Of a stretch of 64,000 nucleotides of DNA, positions 40,076 through 53,514 are shown one piece after another. Numbering within the stretch: the first letter of the stretch is position 1; every line of letters starts with the position of its first letter. The stretch comes from Callorhinchus milii. Taxonomy: Eukaryota. Position numbers and translations under genes: made by a program. The notes below the pieces were generated by a model. The model was not told the origin of the DNA. It searched no databases and was given only the letters and a program-made list of their open reading frames with translations. The DNA lies in NCBI RefSeq assembly GCF_018977255.1, contig NW_024704742.1, forward strand, positions 128,280,001-128,344,000, given 5' to 3'.

Positions 40076-40869
40076 TAAGGAATCCACTGTCACTTGCATT
40101 GTTGAGCAGTTTGCACATTGGGATATGGGGTGGGCTCTTCATTTACTGTTGAATGACAGAAAGGCCCATCACATGATGCTGGCATTCCCCATGGGATATG
40201 TCTGGAATTATTTGACACTTTTCCGATTTACTAGTTAAATCCAAGAGAAGCAAGCACAGCACATGCTTGATGATCTGAATGACATCTGCTAATTTTGTAA
40301 TATCTATGTTCCTAAGGCAAAATTGGAAGTGGTTAAGAGTTTTCTTCCAGAGCATCTGGATTTATATAATTGGAGCCTGTATGGCTGTTATTGTTTCTAC
40401 CCATTGGAGAAACATTGTAGATTTTAATTGCATGTTATAAGGTTGTGGGCCTATGCAAGAAAATATATTTTGACTATAATCCACAGTGTATGTGTGTATG
40501 TGGGGCTCAGGCTTTTCTGTAGTGCTTAAAATTATTATTATTAATAATAATAATCCTTGTATTTGGTATAGATTGCATTTGATCACCTTATCACATCATT
40601 GAGACATCTCAAAGATCTTCACAGAATATATTGTAAAATGAATTACTGTAAGACTGAATTTTCCACGATTCTGCACATTTAAGAAATGTAAGACTCTTAA
40701 CGAAAAAGTCTAGCTGCAATTTCAGGGTCAGAAAAATAAAACAAAACTCTTATGTATTTGCCCTTCATTACCCAGAGCTCTGACCTTTTGAATTGCCTCA
40801 ATACAATCAATTAGCTCAACACAGATCAGGGTTCGAACCTCCATCCTTCCACCCTTCATTTCCCATTAC

Positions 40870-41140
40870 CTGCTCTTCAATGTCTACATGCTCCCTCTTG
40901 GTGACATCATCCGCAGACAGGGGGTCAACTTCCTTATGAATGGGGATGACAACCAACTCTATCTCTTTGCCTCCACCCTTGACTCCAGGACCACTGCTGT
41001 CCTGACAGAATGTCTGTCAGACATCAAGTCCTGGATGAGAGCAAACTTTCTTCAGTTGAACGTCAACAAGAAAGTAATCACCCTCCTTTCCTGCCTGCCC
41101 TCCACCCTCCCCAATCCCAACCCCCAGCTTGGTCCAGCGC
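40870..41140 (+). mobile_element. L2 RT fragment
   Basis: [15 protein letters not shown]...DDNQLY...[17 protein letters not shown], homologous to the 43 kb and 57 kb copies. Confidence 0.85.
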
Positions 41141-42139
41141 TTGGTTATGGTTGTTATTGTTTACCTACTAGGTCAGCGAAGGAGCTGCTCAGTTCAATTA
41201 ATGTACAAGAATTTATGTTTCAACATTCTCAGAACTTGGATTGACTTTAATTTGTTGCTTATGAGACCGGCATTTAAAAGTCAACTTTTTCTGAGGACAC
41301 AGAGGTTATATAATTACACAGCAGTTGCTGAGCAACTGCCCTTTTAATGATGATGGGAATAATGTTTTTTCTTTGCACCTTGATAGCAAGTTTACAGTCA
41401 CAGCAAGGCGCCATTCATCCAGGATTTGTGCTGCTTCCTCTCGGTTGGTTACAAGGGTTTTGCAATCCTAGCAGCTTTCCTTTGATCATTTGTGCTCTCT
41501 GCAATTCTTAATAATTTATGCATTATTCCTTGCCCTTATGCCGTAACTCCATGGAGATGCTCCTGAATTAAAGGAAGATGGAAAGAATAGAATTGCTTCC
41601 TGAACAAAACTTCCTCATATTTATCCCTGATTAAAACATATGGGGACACTGAGTACACAGGAACATAGGATTTGGAGGCTATTCAGACCATTGGGTATGT
41701 TACACCATTTTATTACACAATCAAAGATCTTTTAATCTCATTTCAACATTTTTTCTCTCAATTTTCTTAATATTATAACTTTTTCTCTTGACCCCTCTGT
41801 CTTGTCTTCTCTCTATCTGCCTTCAAGTTCTGCTTAAAACCTAGCCCTTTGACTGTGCATATGATCACCTCCCCTCCCCGCTCCTCCCCTCCCACTTGCT
41901 GGCATTAGTCCATGGCACAACAAAATGCTCCGAGACATTATTCTACGCACTGTATGAATGTAAATTGTTGTTATTGACACTTCTTAAGTACAGATTCAAA
42001 CCATCTGAGACATTAATATTATCCAATGTAAATTGACTGGTGCTCTGCCAATTTTTGAACTGGCTGTTATTATATGGACAAATAGCCCATAGCTCATCTG
42101 TTTTTCTAAGATAAGATGTCCAGAGAGATCTTCCTCAAA

Positions 42140-42183
42140 ATGTTAGGATTTATACATGTTAGGATTTATAAATGTTAGGATTT
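42140..42183 (+). repeat. 16-bp tandem repeat x~2.8
   Basis: atgttaggatttata(c/a) repeated. Confidence 0.9.
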
Positions 42184-42262
42184 CCACCTGAACAAAACAG
42201 CAATTTTAACATCTCACCTAAAAGTGCAACATCTCTAATGATGCAAATCTTGGGATGTGCGA

Positions 42263-45056
42263 CTACAACAACAACAACAACAAGATTACATTTGTATTGC
42301 GCCTTTCACATCGGGAGGACGTCCCAAAGCGCTGGACAGCGTACAGCATTTCAGACCTGAGCTGGGGTTGGGGGGGAAGGGAGGGGAGGGGAAGGGGGTT
42401 GGCCGTTGGCATGGTCAAAGAGGAGGGTCTTGAGGCGGGACTTGAAGGAGGCTAAGGAGGGGGTGAGGCGGAGTGATTGGGGATGGAATTCCAGAGGTTG
42501 GGGGCAGAGTGGCTGAAAGTTCTCCTGTCAATGGTGGGGCGGGTGGGTCGGGGGACATGAAGCAGGCCGGAGCCGGCTGAGCAGAGGGAACGGGCGGGTT
42601 GGTAGGGGGTTAGGAGGTTGCAGAGGTAGGGTGGGGTGAGGCCATGGAGGGCTTTGTATGTGAGGACCAGGATCTTGAACTGGATCCTCTGAAGGATAGG
42701 TAGCCAGTGGAGTCGGGCGAGAATGGGGGAGATGGGGTCACGGAGTTTGGTGCGGGAGAGGATATGGGCTGCAGAGTTCTGATTATCAGAGGAGGAGTTG
42801 GAAAGGCTGACAAGGAGGGCATTTGCATAGTCGAGCCTGGAGGTGATGAAGACACGAACAAGAGTTTCAGCGGCCTGAGGGGTGAGGTAGTGGCAGAGTC
42901 AGGTGATTTACACAGGTGAGGGAAGGCAGAGCAGGTCATGGTTTGAATGTGTGTGGAGAAAATGCATTTGAGGGTCGAACAAGACACCTAGGTTCCTGAC
43001 TGGCTTGGTGAGTTGTAGTGTGCAACCATAGAGGTTGATGCTGCCAGAGCCTGAGGTGCAGAGCCGCTGGTGCGAGCCAATCAGGAGGGCCTCAGTCTTG
43101 TTCACATTCAACTGCAGGAAATTTGCCCTCATCCAGGACTTGATGTCCAACAGGCAGTCTGTCAGGACAGCAGTGGCACTGGAGTTGAGGGTGGAGGTAG
43201 AAAGATAGAGCTGGGTGTGATCCGCATACACGTGGAAGGTGACCCTATGTCTGCGGATGACGTGACCAAGGGGGAGCATGTAGATATTAAAGAGGAGAGG
43301 GCCAAGGACAGAGCCCTGGGGGATGACAGATGTGACAGTGCGGGGGCTGGAGGAGAAACCGTTAGAGGAAACGAAGTGGAGACGGTGAGTGATATAGGAT
43401 TCGAACTAGGCAAGGGCAGGTCCGCGAAGATTGAGTAAAGCGGAGAGGCAGTATATGAGGATGGAGGGTTGATAGTGTTGAAGGGCGTTGAGAGGTCGAG
43501 GAGGACAAGGAGGCAGAGGGAGCCTTGATCACAGATGTTCAGAATGTCATTAGTGACTTTGACCAGCTCTCTTTCCATGCTATGGGCAGCGCAGAAGCCG
43601 GATTGGAGGGGTTCAAAGAGGGAATGGCGAGAGAGAAAGGTGTGGAGCTGGGATGTGACTACTCGTTCCAGGACTTGGAGAGGAATGGGAGGTTAGAGAT
43701 GGGGCGGTAGCTGGAGAGGAAGGATGGATCGAGAGAAGGTTTTTTTCAGGATGGGGGTGATGACGACTATTTTTAGGGGGTGGGAACTGAACCGGTGGAC
43801 AGGGGAAGGTTGATGACATTGGATAGGAGGGAGGGCCAGAAGGTGGAGCTGGGAGATGATGATAGAGGTAGGGATGGGATCGAAGGAACAGATGGTGAGT
43901 TTGAGTTTGCGGACAGTCATATTGAGAGAGGAGGGAGAGATAGGGTTGATGGAGTATAGGGGGGGATGGGTCATGAGGGAGAAGTGATGTGGGGGTGGTG
44001 GTGGATGGGGCAGAAATGGCTGAACATATCCCCTCGATTTTAGATTTGAGGAAGTCCAGCATTTCCTCACAGTTGGAGTTTGAGGAGAGGATGGGCGAGG
44101 TATGGGAAGATGGACGGAGGAGACGGTTAGTGGTGGAAAAGAGAAGACTGGGGTTGTCCTTTGCCTCCAAGATAACCTTAGAGTAAAAGGAGGATTTTGC
44201 AGAGGCAAGAGCGCAGTGGTAGGTCTTGGTGTGGTGAAGCCAAATCTGCCGATGGACCGTTTGGATTTGGTCCAGGCGCGTTCAGCAACTCACACTTGTG
44301 CCTTGAGGGAATGGAGATGGCTGGTGTACCAGGGGATTTACGGGAGTATGAGGCAGTTCAGGAGGTGAGGGGATCAAGCGAGTCCAGAATGGAGGAGAGG
44401 GACTTGTGGAGAAAGGAGAGTGAGGAGGGGAGATCGGACAGTGAGGGCCAGAGATGTAGGAGTTCAGATGACTCCAGGACAGTGGAGAAGGAGAGGGAGG
44501 AAATTTTTTTCCATGGACGGTATGTATGAATGGATGAGGAGAGAGAGGTTGAGGGAAGAGAGGAGGGAGGAGAAGTTCAAAAAAAAACCCCAAAAATAAT
44601 AAATTGGTCACTTTCATCTACGACTGTTTGTGGGACATTGCTGTGCGCAATTGGCTGCCGCGTTCGCCCACAAATATACAGTCAATTGACTTTACAGTGT
44701 GTTCTGTGAAGCGCTTTGGGACGTCCTCCCGACGTGAAAAGCACTATATCAAATGCAAGGATTATTATTATTAAGTCAGCAGAGGTATAGCAGGAGGGGG
44801 TGAAGTGGTGGTTGAAGTCGCCTAAGATAAGGAGGCGTTCAGAGCAGAGGGAGAGGGAAGATAGGAGGGTGGAGATGTCTGAGAGAAAGGTGGGGGAAGG
44901 CTTGGGGGGACGGTAAACAAGGAGGATTTTGAAGGAAAGCCTGGATGGGGGGTAGAAGGTAAGGTGTTCAAAGGAGGGGAAGGTTCCGGAGGAGTAAGGG
45001 GAAAGGCCGAAGGGGGACCGGGAGATGAGAGCCATACCACCGCCACGGCGATTAGG
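42263..45056 (-). mobile_element. L2-clade LINE, degraded ORF2 from endonuclease to 3' tail, interrupted by a SINE
   Basis: Minus-strand frames give RRGGGMAL, VYRPP, LILGDFN, LLDLS, YADH and [15 protein letters not shown]. The (CAA)n tail is at ~42265-42283. Many frameshifts. Confidence 0.93.
44581..44772 (+). mobile_element. Young headless SINE nested in L2
   Basis: Matches 63310-63497 almost exactly. L2 endonuclease-region sequence flanks it on both sides. Confidence 0.92.
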
Positions 45057-46104
45057 CTACATCAAAAGCTCCTTGCATGGGCTCAAACCCACAAACTTCT
45101 GAACCAGCAGCGAGAGTGAAATCAGGTAATCCAAACCTGCAAAATGTATTCACAACTTGTCAAATCTGTATTATTCATCTAATGTTAACTGGACTGAATT
45201 GGTTCAAATACTCCACTGATATTATACTGAATGACATTATTGTAATAAATAATAATCCTTGCACTTCTTATTGCAGTTCTCACCTTGGCAGGACATCTCA
45301 AACTGCTTCACAGGATTTACCATAAAGTATCGTGACTGTGTATTTTGTACGTAACGAGGCAGCACGCAGCAATGTCCCACAAACAGCCATGAAGTGATTG
45401 ATCAATTTTATCTGTTTTCAGCAACCATTTGATATGCTTATATTGTTGTTAACAACATATGATTCTTTGCTCACGGTCGATTAAAAATCACTCACAAATA
45501 CTGTATAATTCACAAGAAGTTCTGCTTAAAACTAGCAACCGTATCATATATCATTTTGCCCACAAATATACAGTCAATTCACTTTACAGTATATTCTGTG
45601 AAGCGTTTTGAGACGTCTAGAAGACGTGAAAAGTGCTATATCAGATGAAAGGAATATTACTATTTATTATATTAGTTACGCCTCTAACTGTTGCATTTAG
45701 ACAGTAGTTTGGCAACAGAAATATATTGACTTTTCTGGTCTGAAACACAATAATAAAAGGCTTAAATTTACATGTATTTTGCCTTGAACTAATCATTAAT
45801 CATATATCAGTAGCTGGTGCTGGTTGTGTAAACTATGTTTGATGGAGCAGTGGCTATGTTATCGTATAGGAAGTGACCATCAGAGTGCAGACAAGTGTTT
45901 TCTGACTTAAAATGATAAATCAGTTTCCATGACATGGTTTCTCGTCAACAAATTCTGTTTTTTCCAGCCGACCTTTGAATCCCTGACAACCGTTGTAACT
46001 TGTATTAACTAAAGCTTCTTGCACTCGTTCATGAAATCTATTAAGAGGTTAGAAATCATCATTACAACAAATTAAATGTCAACAAGACAACTGTAATGAT
46101 AGTA

Positions 46105-46460
46105 ATAATCCTTGACTTTGATTTAATACTTCATCAAAACGTCTTAAAACACTTTTTACTTTCAAATTATTATTATTAAGTGTAGCTGACTGTGCATTTG
46201 GAGGCATATTGCTCACAGCAATGTCCCACAAACAGCTATGAAATGAATGGCCAATTTTATATGGGAGATTATTGGCCAGAAACTTCTTTTTCGTTTCAAA
46301 AGTGCCTTGGGATCCTTAGTGTCCACCTAAACAGGCAGATGAGACCTCAATTTAACATCTCATCCAAAGGATAGCACTGCCAACAATGCAGGGCTCCTCC
46401 AGCATTGAATTGAAGTTTGAGCCTTGACCATGAGCTCAAAGTCGTTATGTGAGATTTAAA
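46105..46460 (-). mobile_element. Deu-domain SINE remnant
   Basis: 'gtgccttgggatccttagtgtccacctaaacaggcagatgagacctcaatttaacatctcatccaaagg'. Confidence 0.7.
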
Positions 46461-47819
46461 CTGTTATATTTGCTGAGAGAGCAGAATATTCCACCCCCAC
46501 CCAGTCAACCTGTGCTAATCAAAAAAGGGCACAGTTCATTATTCAGTACTGAAGCATGTAATAATTTAAATAAATTTGCAGAAACCATTTAAGAGACGTG
46601 TTATAACAATAAATGTAGGATAATCCCAAATCCCAGAAAGATAAAGAAGCAGGAAAACTGGGCGTAAATGTAAATTAGTGTGCATGCAAATGAAGTAGAG
46701 ATATATGGGGAAAAAATCTTTACTCTAAGAGTGAAATCTCCAATACTGTTTCTCTTGTTTTTACCAAAGCTGTTGTTACTTTGGACTACAGATTGTCAAT
46801 GTTGCTTTTCGGAACACTGGATTCAAATTAAATCAAGTATTGTGCTTGATTCAGGAGTTTTCCCTAGTCTGCTGGCAATTTTTGTCAACATGATAATTGT
46901 CACATTAATTAATGTGGAACTTGTGGTGCAGTTGGAAGTGATACAGTCTAATTTGCAACATTAGCAAAATCTTCACAAAAGGAAGCACCTCCTTGTTCAG
47001 CCCGAGGAGTTGGTTTGCCAGTCTCACCTCCAGTCTGCAAGAAACACACAGCACAAATTTGATAATAATCTACCTGCATCCTCACCCGAACCAAACTCTG
47101 CACCCTATCACACCCCTCCCTCGGTGGGCACTGGCATCACCCTGACTGCTCCACCATTGGAGATCAGGCCTTCAGCCTTTCCTTTCCCCCACCCTCTGTA
47201 GCCCCTACCTCTCTCAAATCCAACTCTCAACAATCCCTCAGCTAGCCAGAGCACTGAGATGTCCTCCCGACATGAAAGGGCCTACATAATTGCAATTTGT
47301 TGTAGTTGTTGCTCAGTGTCTGATCACATATTTGTGAGATGTTTTCTGAGATAACTGAGATATCTGAGACGTTTTTCTATGTGAAGAGTGTTGTTGTGGA
47401 TCATGTTGTTGATAAAGCAAGGTGTTGTTGATAATGTGTGAGCATGACTCAGGGGCCATAGGGACAGCTTGATATGAGCCTTTCCCTCTTTGCAAGCAGA
47501 ATTCTTAAAGCTGAAATCAGTACTGAAGCAGCAAACCAGTGAATCACTGAAATTCTGATGTGCATCCGGCCTTTTAGTGGATGACTCATTCACTTTAATG
47601 GATTAAATTTGGAAAATAGTGCAATAAGAAAATTAAAGCCATTTGTGTCCACAAAGTAATAGATTTGTTGCTGAACATATTTATATCAAAACTCCCTATA
47701 TATCTCCAGCACCCTCTTCGGTATTTTATATTTGATGTTACAGGTGCTTAATAATTCATGCATTCTTATCCCCTCAATAAAACTTTTCTATTCACAAATG
47801 TTGTATTTCTAACCCATAT

Positions 47820-48080
47820 CCGTGCCATGACCCGCTCTGCCTTCCCCCACCTCCGCAACATCGCCCGGCTCTGCCACTGCCTCACCCCTCAGGCCGCTTA
47901 AACCCTGAATCACACATTCATCACATCTAGGCTTGACTATGCCAACTCCCTGCTTGTCGGCCTTCCCAACTCTTCCCTCCACAAGCTGCAGATCATCCAG
48001 AACTCTGCTTCTCATGTCCTCTTCCGCACCCTTCGGGTTACAAACCCCTGACTATCCAACGCCTTGGGACATCCTCCCGG
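47820..48080 (+). mobile_element. L2 C-terminal fragment
   Basis: 'ctccgcaacatcgcccggctc...aggcttgactatgccaactcc...aagctgcagatcatccagaactctgct' (RLDYANS, KLQIIQNSA) joined to a tail remnant. Confidence 0.8.
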
Positions 48081-49369
48081 CGTCCTGTACACTGCTAAGG
48101 TGTCAGTCTTGCTCAGATCTTAGAAATCTTGCCTCTGAGTCAGAAGATTGTGGATTCAAGCTCACAGTCTAGACAAACATTCAAGATAGTGTTGAGGGAG
48201 CACTGCAGTATGGTTGAAGGAGATCACGGAGGTAAAGATGGGGCAAGAGCATAGAGGGATTTTCAGATTTGGATCCCAAATTGCAGCCTTTAGATACCGC
48301 TTTACAGAATGAAGACTTCACTCAACTTGCCGGTCAGTGGTGACCACTCCTGTAAGCTTTTGCAGTGGTTGCTGGGACACGACTAGATGCCAGGAGACCA
48401 TCTATCCCTTTAAAGGAAGCCAGAAGGCACTGCTAAAAAACCCTAAGTGTACTTCAAGTTGAGTACGCTGCTGGTTCACAAGTACACTTGCGCTATAAAT
48501 TGACCTGTACTGTGCCAACCAGTGAATCACTGAAAAACCTGTTACAACAAAGTCCAACTGTACTAGAGAATATTGATTGAGCAAATGCCTCTAGTGTAAT
48601 GTCTTAGCTGTAGAGACTAGCTTGAGATATGCATTCCCTATCAGCACACCAACTGTAGCTGAAAGCCTTATTATAAGAGAACTGCTTCTCCATCTCCTCG
48701 CTCTTGGGGAAATAGAACAATTGTTTATTTTGATGGAAACTGTGATCCAGATTATAGAGTTTCTCTTTAAAGCCCTATTTCTGTACTGCAACAGGAAATT
48801 GAGTGTATCAGATAGCAGTGGGACATGTATGTGCCTTTCATTTATATAGGGCTTAGCAGCCTCCTTAGGGACAATATTAGCAGCTACTTTTTTCTGTATG
48901 TCTTGCCTGAAATTAGCTTGGTCTGAATCCCCAGTAGCCTCATCCTTTAACGATTCACTGATTAATATAGGAAGCAGGGATTTGGATAATAGCAATGGCA
49001 GGAATCAATACTAAAATTGGAGTCATATGTAGAGAGACTCACCTATGTGAGACTGGTGGAGTTGAGAAGTTGATAAGAGGCTACAAAAAACAACAAAATT
49101 ACATTTTTATATAGCGCCTTTCATGTAGGAAGGACATTCCAAGGTGCTGAACAAGAGTGAAGATTGCTGTTTTGTTTCCCTTTACATTGCGCAATTAGTT
49201 AAGAAAAACTTTACAGAGAAAGCTTTATTTTTAGGAGAGCCAAAGATACAGCCAAGCAGATGGTGCCTGGTACAAGTAATGAAGTAGGAGCTCTCACAGG
49301 TTGCTCAGATTCTGCAAAGCTTCTTTCTATGTGTTTTTTTTCAGTAAAACAAACTGCGCCTAATACTTT

Positions 49370-49535
49370 CCAGGATTAGGTAAGCAGAGTGCGTCCCTCC
49401 AGGAAGAGAGTGCGCATTCCATTCTAACAATCTATCTCTGGAATTTCCATGTGAGATGGGATGCATGAAATTATCAGTTTGGTTTGGATACTCTCAAGCA
49501 TGGTAATGGTCATACATCCGGCTAACCCAAAAAAT
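49370..49535 (+). repeat. Unclassified repeat, 5'-truncated copy (further short copies at ~9772-9900 -, ~10672-10767 -, ~12614-12690 +)
   Basis: 'ttaggtaagcag...ccctccagg...cattccattc...ggatactctcaagcatgg...ggctaacccaaaaaa'. Confidence 0.78.
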
Positions 49536-49549
49536 AATTTAGTAAAATA

Positions 49550-49980
49550 ATAATCATCATCATCTATACATCTGATATAGTGCCTTATCACAATGTTGAA
49601 AGGTTTCAAAGCACTTCACAGAATTTACTGTAAAGTGTACTGACTATGTATCTGTAAACAAATGTGACAGCCAATTTCACCAAGAATGTCCCCAGAGATA
49701 GCATGAAGTGATTGATCAATGTTATTTTGGCGTTGTCCAGGCAGGAGAAGCTTCCTTGTCATTTTGTATGGTGTAATGGGAACATTAATGTCCACTTGAA
49801 AAGGCAGACAGGAACCTTGGTTTAATGTGGCATTTGAAGGATGGCACCTCTAACAATGGAGTGCATCCCCAACACTACAATGGAGTGTCAACCTAGACTG
49901 TGAATTCAAAGTCCCAAAATGAACCTACAGCCTCCTCACTCAGAGCCAAGAGAGCTACCAACTGAGTCAGGCTGACACCC
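49550..49980 (-). mobile_element. Deu-domain SINE
   Basis: Head 'gagagctaccaactgagtcaggctgacacc', core 'aaggatggcacctctaacaat' and tail. Confidence 0.78.
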
Positions 49981-50937
49981 TGAAGCGCCAATGGGGAAGT
50001 TGGAGTGCACACAGCCTCGTTGGGTTAAATGGCCTCCTTCTATGCTGTCAACCTGATGTGATTCTATGATTTAATGTGAAGTTCTATCGTTTAACGTTCT
50101 GGTATATTTTGGTATATCTGGTTTTGTTAAAAATAAAAAAAATTACATCTATTCAGACTTTGGAGAGTATAGATAGCGGCACTATTGAAGATGACAGTGA
50201 TTTCTTCAATGGTGTCATCTGTCTCTATAATCATTGTCAATAAGCAGAATTCATAATCACCATCTTTACCATTTATATATACAAATTACCAAACAAACCA
50301 TCTATAAATTAACTATTGAGATGTTATCTTCATTAAAATAATAGAACTTGGAAATTGTTGTCACATAAGTGTCATTTGCGCTGTGAATGTTGCTATGTAA
50401 GTGACAGTTGCACTGTGAATGTCAGCCCCTGACTTATTTGTTGCACCGCTCAATAATTTCCCATAAAATTGCCTCTCCTTGAAGCTGGTTGTATCTCCAC
50501 TGCCATGGTATTGAGCCACAAAGGCCTTCTTTGATTCCAGCCAGTTCTCTATGATAAGGAAGAAGAATTTCATTCAACCCTGTCTCCAGGTGACTGAGAG
50601 ACTGTGCAACTTATCATAGATTTTGAAGAATTCCTGATGAGAAATGATTGCTATATTTATTACAAACCACAGTCCTTTGTCAATATAGAAGAGAAAGAAA
50701 AAACTAACAGGCATTCACAGTGTACAGTGCTCAAATGGAAAGTTCCATGCCAGTGACCTTGAACTGAGATCACAAAGTGAAGCCATTCAGGCAGTGTTGA
50801 AATGATTGAGCTAAATTGGGAACACATTCGGCTACAGGGTTTGTTTTTGTCCGGATGTCTGCCACAGTTTGCCATATCTGGTTCTATTCGAGAGAATAAT
50901 AGGGAGAAATTCTGCCTGGCTCTAGATTTACTCTATT

Positions 50938-51725
50938 TATAATAATAATAATAATTATAATAATCTTTGCATTTGATATAGAGCCTTATCACATCTCCGA
51001 GGTGTCTCAAAGTGCTTCATAGAATATACAATAAAGTGAATTGACTATTTTGTGAGTCAAACATGGCAGCCAATTGCGCACAGCAGTGTCTCACAAACAG
51101 ACTTGGATTGAGTGACCAATTTTTTTTTAAGGAATTATTACCCTGGGAAAAGCGATCCACCAATCAACTAACAACCAAGATCCTACTTGCTGCTAGGTAA
51201 ACAGTGGAGTAAGGAAACTTGCCCAACATTTTGCCCTGCTGGGAATTGAACCCAGGTTTCTTGCTTGCGAGGCGAGCGCTCTAATCACTGAGCTACAGAA
51301 CTCCACTTATGTAACACTTCAGAGCGTACGGAATTTGGCAAATTGTTGTACAGTCTTAACTTTGAAGTCGGTTTTGAAGTGTAATTCTTAATAATAATAA
51401 TCTTTGAAATTGATATAGTGCCTTATCACGTTGTAGAAACGTCTCAAAGTGCTTCATAGAATGTATTGTGAAGTGAATTTGTATATTTTGTGGATGAAAC
51501 ATGACAGCCAATTGCACACAGCAGGGTTCCACAAACAATCATGCATTTAATTTGGTTTTAAATGGATTAGTACCCCCATAAAGTGATCCGCCAATCGACT
51601 AATAACCGGATTCCTATTCGTTGCTAGGTAAATGGGTGTGTGGAGTAAGGAAACTTGTTTAAGATTTTGCCCTGTCTGGGAATCAAATCCAGGTCTTCTT
51701 GCTTGTGAGGAGAGTGCTCTAACCA
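50938..51725 (-). mobile_element. Two tandem tRNA SINEs, long variant (50938-51304; ~51389-51725)
   Basis: Each has an (AAT)n tail, body, 'gctaggtaaa' segment, 'ggagtaaggaaacttg' and a tRNA head. Confidence 0.88.
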
Positions 51726-52726
51726 ATACCCTGCACAATAAACGATAAACTTAAAGAAAATCAGCTCCAAAATTCAAGCTGTATTTTAAAAACTTGCCAA
51801 AGTTTTTTTCTCTGGAATGCTGCAAAAACAATAATCTTTGCACTTGTTATAACACCACCCTTATTATGTTGTCAAACCATCTCAAAGTGCTTACAGGATT
51901 TACTATGAAATGTAGTGATTAGTATTAGTATGTGGCACCCAAGTTGCACACAGCAAACAATATAAATTAGACCCTGTGGAATTTCTACCTATAAATCAGG
52001 TGTTTGCTTTGCAGTATTGACAGAGCACCAGACAGGTGAGCATGACAGTAATGCTGAGTAAATAAGAAAGAAAAGGGATACAACTGATGTGTACATATCT
52101 AACTGTGTACCTAACTGTAGCTACGTGTTTCATTTTGGATAGGATGGTATCTTTGATTATATTAGAACAAATTTCTGACCCAGATTTTGCAGAGCATACA
52201 AGTAAACACTCTAAATCAGGTCATACTATTTTGGGCTTCTTTAATGGTTTTCTTGGTAAAGGAAATACACAGTGTGTTACTGAGCTATTCAAGTGCAGTG
52301 TTAAATCTCTTGTCCATTGTTAAGTTCACTGACAGGTGAGCTTGGTATCTCTGGACCAGAGAGAGGAGAAAATCAACTAGATGTCCTGTTCCTGATTGTT
52401 ACCAGTTGATACATGCTGAAAACTGTTTATCTCTGTGGACAATGTCAGGGTTTGTTGTGATACCCTCACACGCACTAATCTTGCATATGAAATGGCCAAA
52501 GCACATGAGCCAAATGCTTTAAGGTAGCTGATGTCCATGAATCTTTATCCCAACATGACATTACACCTTGATGGAAGGGAGGAAAAAAATCTGGCTACTT
52601 TAACAGCAATCTTATATTATATGAACCTCATTAAACCTAGACAAATCTATAAATATTTATATATCATATCGTTGCAATTGCAATCTTGGAATTACAATGC
52701 AGTGTGAGCCAGACTGAATTACTTCT

Positions 52727-53045
52727 TTGGAAGAGGCGTTAAATCAAGGTCCGGTCTGCTTGTTCACGTGGAAGTTAAATACCCAATGTCACTATTCGAA
52801 AAGAGAAGGCAGTTTCTCCCAGTGTCCTGGCCAACAAAATCCTCCAAATAAAATTGGTGACTCACTCCATAGCTGTTGTGGGACCCTTCTGTATGTAACT
52901 TGCTACTGCATTTCGCACACAAAATACACAAATACTCAAACCATTTTACTGTGAAGCACTTTGAGCCATCTCAATGACATGTGAAGCAAGTTGAGATATC
53001 TGAACAAGATGATAAGGCGCTGTATCAAATGCAAGGATTATTAAA
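52727..53045 (+). mobile_element. Deu-domain SINE 3' two-thirds
   Basis: 'gaggcgttaaatcaaggtccggtctgcttgttcacgtgg...gtgtcctggccaacaa...aaatgcaaggatta'. Confidence 0.72.
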
Positions 53046-53057
53046 TAATAACATCAT

Positions 53058-53205
53058 AAACAGAAGTCGCTGGGAACACTCAGCAGGTCAGGCAGCATCT
53101 ATGGAGAAAGGAAAGTGAGTCAACGTTTCAGATCCACGATCCTTCATCAGAAATGGTTCTGTTTTAGTTTCAGATTTTCAGCATCTGCAGTATTTTGCGT
53201 TTTAT
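53058..53205 (-). mobile_element. Penelope-like terminal-repeat relic with a hammerhead core at 53117-53154
   Basis: Minus strand: attt-CTGATGA-a-ggatc(gtg)gatct-GAAA-CGTT-gact. Confidence 0.6.
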
Positions 53206-53514
53206 TAAATAATAATCTTTGTGTTTGATATAGTGTCTTTCAAGTCAGATGACATCTGAAAGCACTTCACAGGATTGCTGTAAAGTGTAGTGACTTGTAG
53301 GTGAACGTGACAGCAATTTGTGCACAGCAATGTCCCACAAACAACCATGAATTGATTGACAATTTTATTGCTGAGTTGTTGAGTTGGACACTAGAAGTGG
53401 CCATATTCCTTAAAATATGACTTATTTATTGGTATAGATAAATAAAGAGTTAAAAGCAGGTTAATGACACATTTAGAATTGAATACAAACTCTCCCTGAA
53501 CTCTGAAGAGTGAA

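Noticed and set aside
48591..48995. 134-aa minus-strand ORF outside obvious repeats
   Set aside because: Non-ATG start, no recognisable domain and no convincing splice sites. BLASTX or RNA-seq would be needed to rescue it.
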